From an uncultured Acidimicrobiaceae bacterium (GTDB taxonomy: Bacteria; Actinomycetota; Acidimicrobiia; Acidimicrobiales; RAAP-2), in NCBI GenBank assembly GCA_963844615.1, contig CAWJOZ010000001.1, forward strand, positions 204,577-268,576: DNA of 64,000 nt, given 5' to 3'. The notes under the pieces were generated by a model. The model saw only the letters and a list, made by a program, of their open reading frames with translations. It had not been told where the DNA came from and did not search any database. The translations under genes were made by a program, and so were the position numbers. Numbering within the stretch: position 1 is the first letter of the stretch; each line of letters opens with the position of its first letter. Shown here one piece after another: positions 18,780-29,381 of the stretch.

Positions 18780-21482
18780 TTGGCTCCAAAGAAAATTCGA
18801 GTGCACGAGCTCTCCAAGGAACTCGGGATGACGAGCAAGGAGTTGCTCGCACTCGCTGGAAAACTAGGCATCGGCGCCTCGAGCCCCTCGGCGTCGATCG
18901 AAGACGCTCAGGCGGACCGTATCCGGCGCCGCGCGGACGCCGATGGTCTGCGTCGCGAGGCACCCTCGGACGCCCCGAAGGCGGACAAGGCCGAAAAGGC
19001 GACCAAGGCCGTAAAGGCCACGAAGGCCGTGTCATCGTTGGCGCCACCCGCCGACGTCGCTCCTGTGACGGTAGTTGCGGCGCCCGCGACTGCGGCGCCA
19101 GCGGCTCCCGTTGCTCGCACCCACGTCCAAGAAGCCCCCAGCGTGCCGGCCCCGGCGGCGGAGACCGCCCGTACGCAGGTCGTTCGTTCTCGCGTCGCAC
19201 CGCCTAAGCCCGCTCCCTCTCGAAACCCATCACCCGACGGCCCCACGACCATCCGGCCCAGCACCCGCGGGGCCGGAGATGGCTCGGCGCGCCCGCCACT
19301 GTCGTCAACCGGACGACCGATCCCACCACCGCCCGGTCGTCCCCTCAGCCCCAGCGGCCGACCGATCCCACCGCCACCGGGCGCACGTCGCCCGATGCCC
19401 ACGGGGGGCACCGGTCGTGGACCGGCCACCGGTCGTCCGATGACCGCTCGTCCGAGCACCGGGCCCTCGCGCCCGGGTGGTCCCTCGCGCCCTGGCACGG
19501 GCGGCGGCTTCTCCTCGCCGCGACCGGGCGCTGGTAGCGGTGCTCCGGCGGCGGGTGCGAGTCGCAGCGGCGGTCCCGCACGAGGTGGCGGTGGACCCCG
19601 CGGATCGCAGCGCAAAACCACACGTCGCAGGCGCCGCAACGTCGAGGAGCTCGAGCCGACCCAGATGACCACCTGGCAGCCGAGCAACGCGCCGGTGCCC
19701 GAAGGCGAGATCATCATCGAGCGAGGTTCAACGGCCAAGGACGTGGGACCCAAGCTCAATCGCAGTGCCGCCGACATCATTCGCTTCTTGTTCCTTCAAG
19801 GTGAGATCGTCACCGCCGTCCAGAGTCTCTCGGACGACATGATCGAGCTCTACGCCGCTGAAGTCGGCGCGGACGTCCACATGGTGGACCCGGGCGAGCA
19901 GCGCGAAGCCGAACTGCTCGCAAAATTCTTTGACGAAGATGACCAGGACGACGTCATCGCGGCGCTCGCACGGCCGCCGGTGGTGACCGTGATGGGACAC
20001 GTCGACCACGGCAAGACGCTGTTGCTCGATCGCATTCGCCAGACCAACGTGGTGGCCGGCGAAGCGGGTGGTATCACCCAGCACATCGGCGCGTACATGG
20101 TGAACTGGCGCGGTCGAGCCATTACCTTCCTCGATACTCCGGGTCACGAAGCGTTCACCGCCATGCGCGCGCGCGGCGCCAAAGTCACCGACGTCATCAT
20201 CCTGGTCGTGGCGGCCGACGACGGGGTCATGCCCCAGACCGTGGAGGCGATCAATCACGCCAAGTTGGCCAGTGTGCCCATCATCGTGGCGATCAACAAG
20301 ATGGATCGGGCCGACGCCAACCCCGATCGCGTCCTCCAGCAACTCTCCGAGCACGCTCTGGTGCCCGAGAAGTGGGGCGGCGACACCATCGTGGTGGAGA
20401 TCTCCGCCCTCCAGAGAACCGGTATCGACGAGCTCTTAGAGCAGGTGCTCCTGGTCGCCGAAGTGGCCGAACTGGTCGCGCGGCCCACGGGCCGTGCGGT
20501 GGGCACGGTGCTCGAAGCGAACCTCGAAGTGGGTCGCGGTCCCGTCGCGACGGTCATCGTCCAAAAGGGACTCTTGGAAGTGGGAGATCCGGTGGTGGCC
20601 GGCCCCGCCTACGGCAAGGTCAAGGCCCTCATCAACGACCAAGGCCAGCAGGTCAAGAGCGCGGGACCGTCGACGCCCGTGCAGATCTTGGGCTTCAGCG
20701 AGCCGCCCTTCGCCGGGGACGAGATGCGGGTCGCCCACGACCTCGGACATGCGCGCTCACTGGCCGAAGCCCGGGCGCAACGCACGCGCCTCGTGGGTCA
20801 ACAGCCAGTCGCGTCCTCGAGCGGGGCGCGACTCGAAGACCTCTTCGAACAGATTCAGCGCGGCGAGACCGCGACGCTCAACATCGTGCTCAAGGCCGAC
20901 GTGCAGGGCTCGCTCGAAGCCTGCACCGAGTCCCTGCGCAAGCTCGAACGCGACGACGTGAAACTCGTCATAGTGCACCGTGGCGTGGGCGGGATCACCG
21001 AGAACGACGTGCAGCTGGCCAAGGCCTCCAACGCGACGATCATTGGTTTTAACGTTCGCCCGGACAAGCGCAGCCGTGAACTGGCCGCCAGCGAAGGTGT
21101 GCAGATTCGCACCTACGAGATCATCTACAAGCTGATCGAAGAGATCGAAGCCGCCATGCTGGGCCTGCTCACCCCGGTGTTCGAAGAAGTCGTCACCGGC
21201 GAAGCCGAGGTGCGCGAGGTGTTCCGCATTCCCCGGGTCGGCGCGATCGCGGGCTGCTTCGTGCGTGAGGGCGTCATCACCCGCGGGTCCAAGGTGCGCT
21301 TCCTGCGCGAGGGCGCCATCATCTGGAAGGGCTCGATCACGTCGCTTCGCCGCTTCAAGGACGACGCGCGCGAGGTCGCGTCGGGATTCGAGTGCGGTAT
21401 CGGGCTCTCGGACTACCAGGACCTCAAGTCGGGTGACGTCATCGAAACGTACGAAGAGCGCGAGATTCCGCGCACGGCCTAA
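18780..21482 (+). CDS. infB: translation initiation factor IF-2
   Basis: 'RVHELSKEL', P/G-rich linker, G domain 'MGHVDHGKT', '[10 protein letters not shown]', 'DTPGHEAF', C-terminal 'FECGI'. Confidence 0.98.
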   Translation: MAPKKIRVHELSKELGMTSKELLALAGKLGIGASSPSASIEDAQADRIRRRADADGLRREAPSDAPKADKAEKATKAVKATKAVSSLAPPADVAPVTVVAAPATAAPAAPVARTHVQEAPSVPAPAAETARTQVVRSRVAPPKPAPSRNPSPDGPTTIRPSTRGAGDGSARPPLSSTGRPIPPPPGRPLSPSGRPIPPPPGARRPMPTGGTGRGPATGRPMTARPSTGPSRPGGPSRPGTGGGFSSPRPGAGSGAPAAGASRSGGPARGGGGPRGSQRKTTRRRRRNVEELEPTQMTTWQPSNAPVPEGEIIIERGSTAKDVGPKLNRSAADIIRFLFLQGEIVTAVQSLSDDMIELYAAEVGADVHMVDPGEQREAELLAKFFDEDDQDDVIAALARPPVVTVMGHVDHGKTLLLDRIRQTNVVAGEAGGITQHIGAYMVNWRGRAITFLDTPGHEAFTAMRARGAKVTDVIILVVAADDGVMPQTVEAINHAKLASVPIIVAINKMDRADANPDRVLQQLSEHALVPEKWGGDTIVVEISALQRTGIDELLEQVLLVAEVAELVARPTGRAVGTVLEANLEVGRGPVATVIVQKGLLEVGDPVVAGPAYGKVKALINDQGQQVKSAGPSTPVQILGFSEPPFAGDEMRVAHDLGHARSLAEARAQRTRLVGQQPVASSSGARLEDLFEQIQRGETATLNIVLKADVQGSLEACTESLRKLERDDVKLVIVHRGVGGITENDVQLAKASNATIIGFNVRPDKRSRELAASEGVQIRTYEIIYKLIEEIEAAMLGLLTPVFEEVVTGEAEVREVFRIPRVGAIAGCFVREGVITRGSKVRFLREGAIIWKGSITSLRRFKDDAREVASGFECGIGLSDYQDLKSGDVIETYEEREIPRTA

Positions 21483-21485
21483 GCC

Positions 21486-21848
21486 ATGTCGCGCTCGTCC
21501 GGCTCCAGTCACCCGTACCCGCGGACCGCGCGGGTGAACCAGATTCTTCGCGAGGTGATCTCTGATGAACTGGTACGAATCTCGGACATCGATGAGCGCC
21601 TGGGACTGCTCACGGTAACGGGCGTCGATACCACGCCCGACCTGCGCCAGGCGAAGGTCTACCTGCACTCGCTCTCGGACGAGGCGAAAGAAGCCCTCGA
21701 GGAACGACGGGCCCAGATCCAGGCCTCGGTGAACGTCCAGACCCGCCTGAAGCGAACGCCCAAGCTCTCCTTTGCCGCCGACCCCGCCGTGGCGAGCGGC
21801 AACGCCGTCGAAGACCTGCTGCGCCGTCAACACCATGACGACGAATAA
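21486..21848 (+). CDS. rbfA: ribosome-binding factor A
   Basis: 'RTARVNQILREVI', 'VTGVDTTPDLRQAKVY', 'RLKRTPKLSF'. Confidence 0.95.
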   Translation: MSRSSGSSHPYPRTARVNQILREVISDELVRISDIDERLGLLTVTGVDTTPDLRQAKVYLHSLSDEAKEALEERRAQIQASVNVQTRLKRTPKLSFAADPAVASGNAVEDLLRRQHHDDE

Positions 21849-22716
21849 CGGTCTGCTCCTCATCGACAAGCCCCGTGGAGTCACGAGCCACGACGTCGTC
21901 GCTCACGTGCGACGCGTGCTCAACGAAAAACGGGTGGGTCACGCGGGCACGCTCGATCCAATGGCCACGGGGCTCTTGATCCTCGGCGTGGGTCCCTCCA
22001 CTCGCCTTTTGCGCTTCGCCCAAAGCGAGATGAAGCGCTACGAGGGCGTGCTCACGCTCGGGGTGCGCACGGACTCACTCGACGCGGACGGAACGGAGGT
22101 GGAGAGAGCACCGGTGCCGTATCTCACGCCCGAGGTCATCGACGACGCAATCAATAGTCTCCTCGGCGATCAGGAACAGATCCCGCCCATGGTCTCGGCC
22201 GTCAAAGTCAACGGTCGACGCCTGCACGATCTCGCGCGCGAAGGTGTGGAGGTCAATCGCGCGCCGCGCTCGATCACGGTGTACACGCTGTCGGTCGTGC
22301 CCATCGACGAGCAGCACTGGAGTTTCGACGTCACGTGTTCGGTGGGCACCTACGTGCGCGTGCTGATGTCGGATTTGGCCGAACGGCTCGGCACGGTCGG
22401 TCACCTGAGCGCGCTGCGGCGGGTATCGAGCGGCGACCACGAGGTGACCGACGCCCTGACGTACTACGAACTCGAGCACCGCGTGAGCGAGGACATCCCC
22501 GTGCTTCTGCCGCCGAGCGCGTTCGTGGAGCATCTGGCGAAGGTGAGCGTGAGTGAGGACGAGGAATCGCGTCTGCGCATGGGTCAGCGCCTCGAGTTCG
22601 ACGGGCCCCGTGGCGATGAGATCGCCGCGCTCAGTGTCACCGGCCACTTGGTGGCCGTGCTGAGACGGCGCGGTGAGGTCTGGCAGCCCGAAGTCGTGAT
22701 GCCTGCGATGGCCTGA
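21835..22716 (+). CDS. truB: tRNA pseudouridine(55) synthase TruB
   Basis: 'IDKPRGVTSHDVV', 'GHAGTLDPMATG', 'CSVGTYVR'. Confidence 0.96.
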   Translation: MTTNNGLLLIDKPRGVTSHDVVAHVRRVLNEKRVGHAGTLDPMATGLLILGVGPSTRLLRFAQSEMKRYEGVLTLGVRTDSLDADGTEVERAPVPYLTPEVIDDAINSLLGDQEQIPPMVSAVKVNGRRLHDLAREGVEVNRAPRSITVYTLSVVPIDEQHWSFDVTCSVGTYVRVLMSDLAERLGTVGHLSALRRVSSGDHEVTDALTYYELEHRVSEDIPVLLPPSAFVEHLAKVSVSEDEESRLRMGQRLEFDGPRGDEIAALSVTGHLVAVLRRRGEVWQPEVVMPAMA

Positions 22717-22726
22717 GTCCGGTAGG

Positions 22727-23686
22727 TTGCCAGTCGTGAAAGTGTGCCGAGACGGCGAGGTCAGTGCGAACGGGCCCTCGGTCGTGGCCATCGGGGTCTT
22801 TGACGGTCTGCACCGTGGTCACCAGGCCGTCCTCGCCCAGCTGGTGGATCTCGCGCGCCGCTACCACGCCACGGCGACCGTCGTCACGTTCGATCCGTCT
22901 CCCGCCAGTGTGCTCGCCCCGACCCGCGCACCCAAACAAATTGCGACCATTGATCAGCGTCTCGAGGACTTGGCCGCTCTCGGGGTCGAGCAGGTACGCA
23001 TTCTCACTTTCTCAACGGCGCTTTCGAGTGAGACCGCGCGCGAGTTCATCGAGCGTGTTCTCGTAGGTGAACTTCACGCGACGTGCGTGCTCGTCGGCGA
23101 AGGCTTTCACTTCGGGCACAATCGCGAGGGGAGCCCCGATCTCCTGCGGGAAGTCGGTGTCGAGTCCGGTTTCAACGTGGTGGTGGCGCCCACCCACGGC
23201 GAGGGAGTTCGTTTCAGCTCGAGTGCGGTGCGCGCGGCGTTGGCGGACGGTGACCTCGACGAGGTCGAGCGCGTCTTGGGTCGACCCTTCACGTTGCGCG
23301 GGGTCGTGGAGCACGGCGACAACCGGGGCGAGGAGTTGGGATTTCCGACGGCAAATCTTGCCCTATCGAGCGATCAGGCGCTACCCGCCGAGGGCGTCTA
23401 CGCGGGGGCGACCACGATCGACGAGGTCTGGTGGCCCGCGGCGATCTCGGTGGGCACGCGGCCTCATTTCTACGAGGACGGCCGGTTGCTCGTCGAAGTG
23501 CACGTGGTGGACTACACCGGCGTGCTCTACGGTCGTGAACTCGACGTGGTGTTTCTGGCCTTGCTGCGGGCTCAGACGACCTTCGAGAGTGTCGAGGAGT
23601 TAGTGGCGCAAATAGGCCGCGACGTGGAGCAAACGCGCCAGCTATTCGCCTCCACGGCGACCGACGAGCTGAAACTGCTAGGATAG
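22727..23686 (+). CDS. ribF: bifunctional riboflavin kinase/FAD synthetase
   Basis: 'IGVFDGLHRGHQ', 'SSSAVR', 'LGFPTAN', 'VEVH'. Confidence 0.95.
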   Translation: MPVVKVCRDGEVSANGPSVVAIGVFDGLHRGHQAVLAQLVDLARRYHATATVVTFDPSPASVLAPTRAPKQIATIDQRLEDLAALGVEQVRILTFSTALSSETAREFIERVLVGELHATCVLVGEGFHFGHNREGSPDLLREVGVESGFNVVVAPTHGEGVRFSSSAVRAALADGDLDEVERVLGRPFTLRGVVEHGDNRGEELGFPTANLALSSDQALPAEGVYAGATTIDEVWWPAAISVGTRPHFYEDGRLLVEVHVVDYTGVLYGRELDVVFLALLRAQTTFESVEELVAQIGRDVEQTRQLFASTATDELKLLG

Positions 23687-23713
23687 GTACTCGGTCAGCG
23701 ACGCTGATCACGT

Positions 23714-23747
23714 GGGTCGTCCCGTGACGGCTCGCACCGGGACACCC
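23714..23747 (+). promoter_or_regulatory. hairpin in the rpsO leader (candidate S15 autoregulatory element)
   Basis: GGGT-C-GTCCCG (23714-24) pairs with CGGGAC-ACCC (23738-47), 25 nt before the rpsO ATG. Confidence 0.3.
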
Positions 23748-23772
23748 GACTCAACTAAGGCACAGACGTAAT

Positions 23773-24030
23773 ATGACCGAGAAGCAACAGATCATCGAGG
23801 ACTTTCGAGCCCACGACACGGACACGGGCTCGCCCGAGGTCCAGGTCGCGCTCTTGACCGACCGGATCGCGCATCTCACCGAGCACCTCAAGGTTCATAA
23901 GGGCGATCATCACACCCGCCGTGGACTGATGAAGCTCATTGGTCAACGCCGTCGACTGCTGGACTACGTCCAAAAAGGTGACGTGGAGCGCTATCGCGCG
24001 TTGATCGGTCGGCTCGGCATTCGTCGCTAG
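23773..24030 (+). CDS. rpsO: 30S ribosomal protein S15
   Basis: '[13 protein letters not shown]', '[15 protein letters not shown]'. Confidence 0.98.
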   Translation: MTEKQQIIEDFRAHDTDTGSPEVQVALLTDRIAHLTEHLKVHKGDHHTRRGLMKLIGQRRRLLDYVQKGDVERYRALIGRLGIRR

Positions 24031-24063
24031 CCGCATCACCCGCGTCGACGCCGTCGACGCGTT

Positions 24064-24142
24064 CAGTATTCGAGGCCCCGAACGCCAGTGGAGGATCGTC
24101 GCGTGAAGCGAAGATTGCCCACTGGGATTCGGGCGAATGCTG
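24064..24142 (+). promoter_or_regulatory. long irregular hairpin in the pnp leader (candidate RNase III site)
   Basis: Three stacked helices: CAGTATTCG/CGAATGCTG, CCCGAA/TTCGGG and CCAGTGG/CCACTGG in the rpsO-pnp spacer. Confidence 0.55.
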
Positions 24143-24161
24143 CTACACAAGGAGCACAGCC

Positions 24162-26603
24162 ATGACCGACGCAATTCGCGTTAGTAGTCCCATCACCGGT
24201 ACCGACAAAACAATGAGTTTTGAGGCCGGTCACCTCGCCCAACTCGCGGACGGCGCCGTTCTGGCGCGCATCGGCGACACCATGTTGCTCGCCACCGTGG
24301 TGGCGTCAAAGTCCGCGCGTGAGGGAATCGACTTCTTCCCCCTCACCGTTGACATCGAAGAGCGCGCCTACGCGGCGGGCAAGATTCCCGGGGCGTTCTT
24401 TCGCCGCGAGGGAAAACTCTCGGACCAGGCGATTTTGATCTGCCGTCTCATCGACCGCCCACTGCGCCCTTCGTTCCCGAAGGGATTTCGTAATGAGGTC
24501 CAGGTCGTGGGCACGATCTTCTCTGCGGACCAGGAAAACCCGCACGACATCCTCGCGATCAACGCGGCCTCGGCCGCACTCATGATCTCGGGTATCCCCT
24601 TCGACGGTCCGATCGGGGCCGTGCGTATGGCCTACACGACCGACGGCGAGTGGGTGGCCCACCCGACCTACCAGGAGGGCGACGCCTCGACCTTTGAACT
24701 CATCGTGGCCGGACGCGCGCTCAGCGACTCCGTTGACGCCGACGTCGCGATCATGATGGTCGAAGCCGGCGGCACCGAAGGCTCCTTCGAGAAGTACCTC
24801 GACGGCGCGCCCAAGGTCAGCGAAGAGGTCCTCGCGCAGGGTCTAGAAGCCTCCAAGCTCTGGATTCGCGAGTCGGTCAACCTGCAACGCTCGTTGGTCC
24901 GCGACTTCATCGCCGACCGGGGCCCGCTGCCCACCTTCGAGTACGAGGCCTTCGTCGACTACCCCGACGCCATCTACGCGCGCGTCGAAGCGATCGGCCA
25001 GCAGGCCCTCTCGGACGCCAACAAGATCACGACGAAAGCCGCGCGCAACGAAGCCCTCGACGCCGCGACCAAGTCGATCCAAGAACAGCTCGCGGGGGAG
25101 TTCGAAGGGCGCTCGAGTGAGATCAAGGCCGCCGTTCGCTCGCTGACCAAGAAACTCGTGCGCGAGCGCATCGTCACCGACGCCGTGCGCATCGACGGAC
25201 GTGGACTGGCCGACATTCGCCCGCTCTCAGCCGACGTCGACCTCTTTCCGATGACTCACGGATCGGCGGTCTTCCAGCGCGGCGAGACCCAGGTCGTGAA
25301 CGTGACGACGCTTGGCATGCCCCGCATGCGCCAGCAACTCGACACGATCTCGCCCGATGAGTTCAAGCGCTACATGCACCACTACAACTTCCCGCCCTAC
25401 TCAACGGGTGAGACCGGTCGCGTGGGTGCGCCCAAGCGCCGCGAGGTCGGACACGGCGCGCTGGCCGAGCGGGCCCTCATTCCCGTTCTGCCGAGCGAAG
25501 AAGACTTCGCGTACACGATTCGCGTCGTCTCGGACGTCATGCAGTCCAATGGATCGACCTCGATGGGGTCGGTCTGCGGCTCGACCCTGTCGTTGATGGC
25601 GGCCGGTGTGCCGATCAAGGCCCCCGTGGCCGGGATCGCGATGGGCCTCGTCTACGAAGACGGCGTCTACGTCACGCTCACCGACATCCTCGGCGCCGAA
25701 GACGCCTTCGGCGACATGGACTTTAAGGTCGCCGGTACCGCCGACGCCGTCACCGCGTTGCAGCTCGACACCAAGATCGACGGCCTGCCGGCCGACGTGC
25801 TCGCCAAGGCCCTGCACCAGGCCAAGGACGCGCGACTGACGATTCTGAAGGTACTCACCGACACGATCGCCGAGCCGCGCGGCGAAGTGGCCGAGGTCGC
25901 CCCGAAGATCGTCTCGATGGAGATTCCGATCGACAAGATCGGCGAGGTGATTGGGCCCAAGGGCAAAGTCATCAACACCCTTCAGCAGGAGACGGGAGCC
26001 GACATCGCGGTCGACGACAATGGCGTCGTCGGTACGGTCACCATCGGGGCGAAGGACGGACGGGCCGTCGAAGAGGCACGTCGGCGCATCTCGCTGATCC
26101 TGGATCCGCCGTCGGCGGACGTCGGAGCGATTTACGAGGGTCGCGTCGTCTCGATCGCCAAGTTTGGGGCGTTCATCAATATCCTGCCGGGCCGCGACGG
26201 TCTCTTGCACATCTCGAAGTTGGCGCCGCTCAACGGAGGAAAGCGCATCGGCCAGGTCGAAGACGTCCTCGAGTTGGGTCAAGCGATCGAGGTCAAGGTC
26301 GATGACATCGACCCGCAAGGCAAAGTGTCGCTGTCGCTGGTTGGTGACTTTCCCGACGTGGTCGAAGAGCCGCGCCGCGAGCGCGAACGTTCGCCGCGCG
26401 GTAGTGAGCGTTCGCCTCGCGGGAGTGAGCGCTCCGGTGGCTCGAGCTCGGGCCGCTCGAACTCGAGTGGCTCGAGCAGTTCCTTCGAAGCGAGCTTCGA
26501 AGCCGAACTGGCTGGCGAGATCGGTGACCTCGGACCAGGAGGTCCCAGTTTTCACGGTGACGACGATAGCAGTCGTCGCAGTCCGCGGCCCCGTCGTCGT
26601 TAA
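24162..26603 (+). CDS. pnp: polyribonucleotide nucleotidyltransferase
   Basis: 'FFPLTVD', 'LIDRPLRPSF', 'RIDGR', 'RREVGHGALAE', 'GDMDFKVAG', KH and S1 domains, S/R/G-rich tail. Confidence 0.98.
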   Translation: MTDAIRVSSPITGTDKTMSFEAGHLAQLADGAVLARIGDTMLLATVVASKSAREGIDFFPLTVDIEERAYAAGKIPGAFFRREGKLSDQAILICRLIDRPLRPSFPKGFRNEVQVVGTIFSADQENPHDILAINAASAALMISGIPFDGPIGAVRMAYTTDGEWVAHPTYQEGDASTFELIVAGRALSDSVDADVAIMMVEAGGTEGSFEKYLDGAPKVSEEVLAQGLEASKLWIRESVNLQRSLVRDFIADRGPLPTFEYEAFVDYPDAIYARVEAIGQQALSDANKITTKAARNEALDAATKSIQEQLAGEFEGRSSEIKAAVRSLTKKLVRERIVTDAVRIDGRGLADIRPLSADVDLFPMTHGSAVFQRGETQVVNVTTLGMPRMRQQLDTISPDEFKRYMHHYNFPPYSTGETGRVGAPKRREVGHGALAERALIPVLPSEEDFAYTIRVVSDVMQSNGSTSMGSVCGSTLSLMAAGVPIKAPVAGIAMGLVYEDGVYVTLTDILGAEDAFGDMDFKVAGTADAVTALQLDTKIDGLPADVLAKALHQAKDARLTILKVLTDTIAEPRGEVAEVAPKIVSMEIPIDKIGEVIGPKGKVINTLQQETGADIAVDDNGVVGTVTIGAKDGRAVEEARRRISLILDPPSADVGAIYEGRVVSIAKFGAFINILPGRDGLLHISKLAPLNGGKRIGQVEDVLELGQAIEVKVDDIDPQGKVSLSLVGDFPDVVEEPRRERERSPRGSERSPRGSERSGGSSSGRSNSSGSSSSFEASFEAELAGEIGDLGPGGPSFHGDDDSSRRSPRPRRR
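26385..26435 (+). repeat. 21-nt tandem repeat (about 2.4 copies) encoding ERSPRGS in the PNPase tail
   Basis: gaacgttcgccgcgcggtagt / gagcgttcgcctcgcgggagt / gagcgctcc. Confidence 0.6.
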
Positions 26604-26672
26604 GTAACCAAGGACCGTGTCGCGCCTCACGTGTCGCGACACGGTCCTTTTGGTTTTCGTAGCGTGGGAACA

Positions 26673-29381
26673 ATGAGTAGCGACCTGGCGCCTACGCACG
26701 CCGTGGCGTGGTGGCGATCCCCGCAACGTGGTGATCGCTGGGCCCTGGCAACGCTGGTGGGAATACCGCTGGTGCTCTTCATCGTGCCCGCCCTGTTTGG
26801 CCACCCCGCCATTGACGCCGACAACCTGATTCAGAACTTTCCCTTGCGTGTTCTGGCGGGTCAGCAACTTGCCTCCGGGCATCTTCCGCTCCTCGATCCG
26901 CTGACGAACGCGGGTACGCCGCTCCTGGGTGGACTCAACGCGGGAGCGCTCTACCCGCTCACGCTGATTTTTGCCTTCATTCCGCCGATCACGGCCTGGA
27001 TCATCAACATGATCGTGGTCTACGCGAGCGCGGGCCTGGGGATGTTCGCCCTTTTGCGCTGGCACGGTGCGCGAACGGCGTCGGCCCTCGTCGCGGCGGT
27101 CAGTTACACCTACTGCGGAGCGATGATCGGCCAGATGATCCACCTGGGCGTGATCCAGGGATATTCGTTCGTGCCCTGGGCCGTGTTGATCATGCTCGCT
27201 CTCTCGCGGCGCATCGCCTCGGTGCCCGACGGTACGAGCGCACCATCGCTGGCTCGTATCGCTCTGCCCTGGGCTCTGGGTGAGGGGGCTCTGTGGGGCC
27301 TCACGTTTCTCTCGGGAGAACCGCGCGCCATGGCCACCATGGAACTTCTCACGATCGTCGTCATTCCCTGCGTATTGATTCTTCGCAGTTCGTACTGGCT
27401 CGCCTCCTGGCGCGGACGGATCGCCTATCTGGTCACGCTCGCGGTGGGCTTTGTCTGGGGCTTGGGCATCGGACTCGTACAACTCCTGCCGGGGTGGTCG
27501 TTCATCAAGGACTCCGAACGTTCCCGGGTCGCCTACTCCTTCTTTGGCGCCGGGTCATTGGCGGTGCACTGGAGCGCCCTGCTCTTTACGCCCGATCTCC
27601 TGGGCGGTAACGGGGCGTTCGGTCAGTCGGGCTACTTCGCCAACTACAACCTCACCGAAGTGACGGGATACGTCGGAGTGCTCGCGCTCGTGGCGACGTT
27701 CGCCTTCGCGACGCGCCTCACGCGACGCGGCTGGCGAGGGGCCGATCGCGACTACATGATCTACGTCGTCATCGGGGTGGTGGGCCTCTTTGCCACGTGG
27801 GGTAGCTTCACCCCGCTCGGGCACGTCTTTCGCGCGATACCGCTGTACGGCTCGACTCGCCTGCAGAGCCGCAGTGTCATACTCGTTGATTTCATTGCAG
27901 CGGTCTTCGTCGGTTGGTGGCTGGAGCACATCCTCGATGGTCACCCCGAGCGTGCTGGTCTGGGGAAGCGCTCGCGCTGGGTGACGGCGGCTCCGGCGAT
28001 CTTCATCGTGGTGCTCTCGGCGGGACTCATCGGTTGGGGACCGTGGGTGATCCAGAGGATCGGCATCGCGGGCGGGAATCCGGCGCTCGAAACGGGACTC
28101 AAGACCACCAACGCCATCCATCTGGCGATCGCGCTGGTGGCGGTGCTCACCATCGTGTTGCTCGCGCGTCACGCTCGTCGGCTCTTTCCCATCCTGGTGG
28201 CGGTGCTGGTCGCCGACCTCGTGGTCTTTCTTCTCTTCACGTCGAATGGACTCATCGGGGGCCAGGGTCCGCGCGAAGCGTCGCGCGCGTACGCCGAGCA
28301 GCTGATTAGCAGCAACGGGCGATTCGCTCTGGTTGACAAGAGCGGGATTCATACCAAGGTCTATCGAGAACTGGGCGAGCCCAATATGAACGTGTTCACT
28401 CATATGGCGAGCGTCCAGGGCTATGGCGCACTGGAGTCGAACATCTACGACAACGCGACCGGTACGCACCCCCAGGCGTGGTTGAACGCCTGTCATCTCC
28501 AAGAGGGCGTCTTTACCCCGCTACGGCTGGCGGTCGTGGTGATCGCCTCGGGCGAGCTCATGACGCCCACGAGCGAACAGTCGGCGATCCCCACTCGGTG
28601 CGAGAGTGTGAGCCCCGCACCGAGTGTTCCGCGCTACTTCGGTCAGGTCTTTTCGGTCGGCAGCATCTCGCTCGCGGGCGTCGACGGCCAAGCGATCTCG
28701 TCGAGTCCCATCACGATCAGACTTCTCACCAGCGCCGGGCGAACACTCACGAGTCCCTCGTGGACGCTGCCCGGTGATACGAGCACGCTCACGGTCCAGG
28801 CGAACGACGCGACGAGTCCTGCGGCGGGATTCGTCGTCTCTTCGGCGAGCGGGATCAGCCTCGGCGATGCGGTCGTGACGCCGTGGGACTCGTCGAAGAG
28901 CTATCGACTTGACTCGCACTTCCAGTTGGCGATTGCTACGTCGAAGTGGCGCCTCACATCGACCGAAGATACGTTCTCGGTGTTCAAGGCCACCAAGTTG
29001 TTACCTCGCGCCTGGCTGCTCACGCCCGCCGCGGGCACCGTCACGCACATTCGCACGGCGATCTGGGGGGACGCCTGGGTGAGCGTGACGCTGACCACGG
29101 CGAGCGCTCTCGATCGCAGTGAGGCCTACCTGCCCGGTTGGCGCGCCACTGCGGTCAACCAAACGACGGGCAAAGTCGTGCAGCTGAGCGTCGAGCGAAC
29201 GGGTCTCATCGAAAAGGTCCGCGTGCCCAAGGGCAAATGGATCATTCACTTTCACTACCGCGCGCCGTACATCGAGATCAGCGTGGCCGCGAGCCTGTTC
29301 GCTGGTGTCGCGTGGCTCGGCGTTGTTCTGTGGCTCGTCGTCTCGGCGCGACGCAGGCGCGCCAGTAAAGTTTCGGCATGA
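26673..29381 (+). CDS. YfhO-like polytopic membrane protein (putative GT-C glycosyltransferase)
   Basis: About 900 aa with many TM helices; N-terminal 'QNFPLR..LPLLDP..GTPL..GALYP'; large extracytoplasmic domain; YfhO-like C-terminal 'SEAYLPGWRA' plus TM. ATG 26673 preferred over 26631. Confidence 0.7.
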   Translation: MSSDLAPTHAVAWWRSPQRGDRWALATLVGIPLVLFIVPALFGHPAIDADNLIQNFPLRVLAGQQLASGHLPLLDPLTNAGTPLLGGLNAGALYPLTLIFAFIPPITAWIINMIVVYASAGLGMFALLRWHGARTASALVAAVSYTYCGAMIGQMIHLGVIQGYSFVPWAVLIMLALSRRIASVPDGTSAPSLARIALPWALGEGALWGLTFLSGEPRAMATMELLTIVVIPCVLILRSSYWLASWRGRIAYLVTLAVGFVWGLGIGLVQLLPGWSFIKDSERSRVAYSFFGAGSLAVHWSALLFTPDLLGGNGAFGQSGYFANYNLTEVTGYVGVLALVATFAFATRLTRRGWRGADRDYMIYVVIGVVGLFATWGSFTPLGHVFRAIPLYGSTRLQSRSVILVDFIAAVFVGWWLEHILDGHPERAGLGKRSRWVTAAPAIFIVVLSAGLIGWGPWVIQRIGIAGGNPALETGLKTTNAIHLAIALVAVLTIVLLARHARRLFPILVAVLVADLVVFLLFTSNGLIGGQGPREASRAYAEQLISSNGRFALVDKSGIHTKVYRELGEPNMNVFTHMASVQGYGALESNIYDNATGTHPQAWLNACHLQEGVFTPLRLAVVVIASGELMTPTSEQSAIPTRCESVSPAPSVPRYFGQVFSVGSISLAGVDGQAISSSPITIRLLTSAGRTLTSPSWTLPGDTSTLTVQANDATSPAAGFVVSSASGISLGDAVVTPWDSSKSYRLDSHFQLAIATSKWRLTSTEDTFSVFKATKLLPRAWLLTPAAGTVTHIRTAIWGDAWVSVTLTTASALDRSEAYLPGWRATAVNQTTGKVVQLSVERTGLIEKVRVPKGKWIIHFHYRAPYIEISVAASLFAGVAWLGVVLWLVVSARRRRASKVSA

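Noticed and set aside
24041-24061. Palindrome CGCGTCGACG-C-CGTCGACGCG after rpsO as a repeat family or terminator
   Set aside because: Only one copy seen and no U-tract; insufficient evidence for a functional call.
25401-27482. 693-aa antisense ORF, and similar long shadow ORFs such as 9997..11409, 13090..13968 and 1696..2751
   Set aside because: They overlap well-supported genes, lack motifs, and are expected in high-GC DNA where stop codons are rare.
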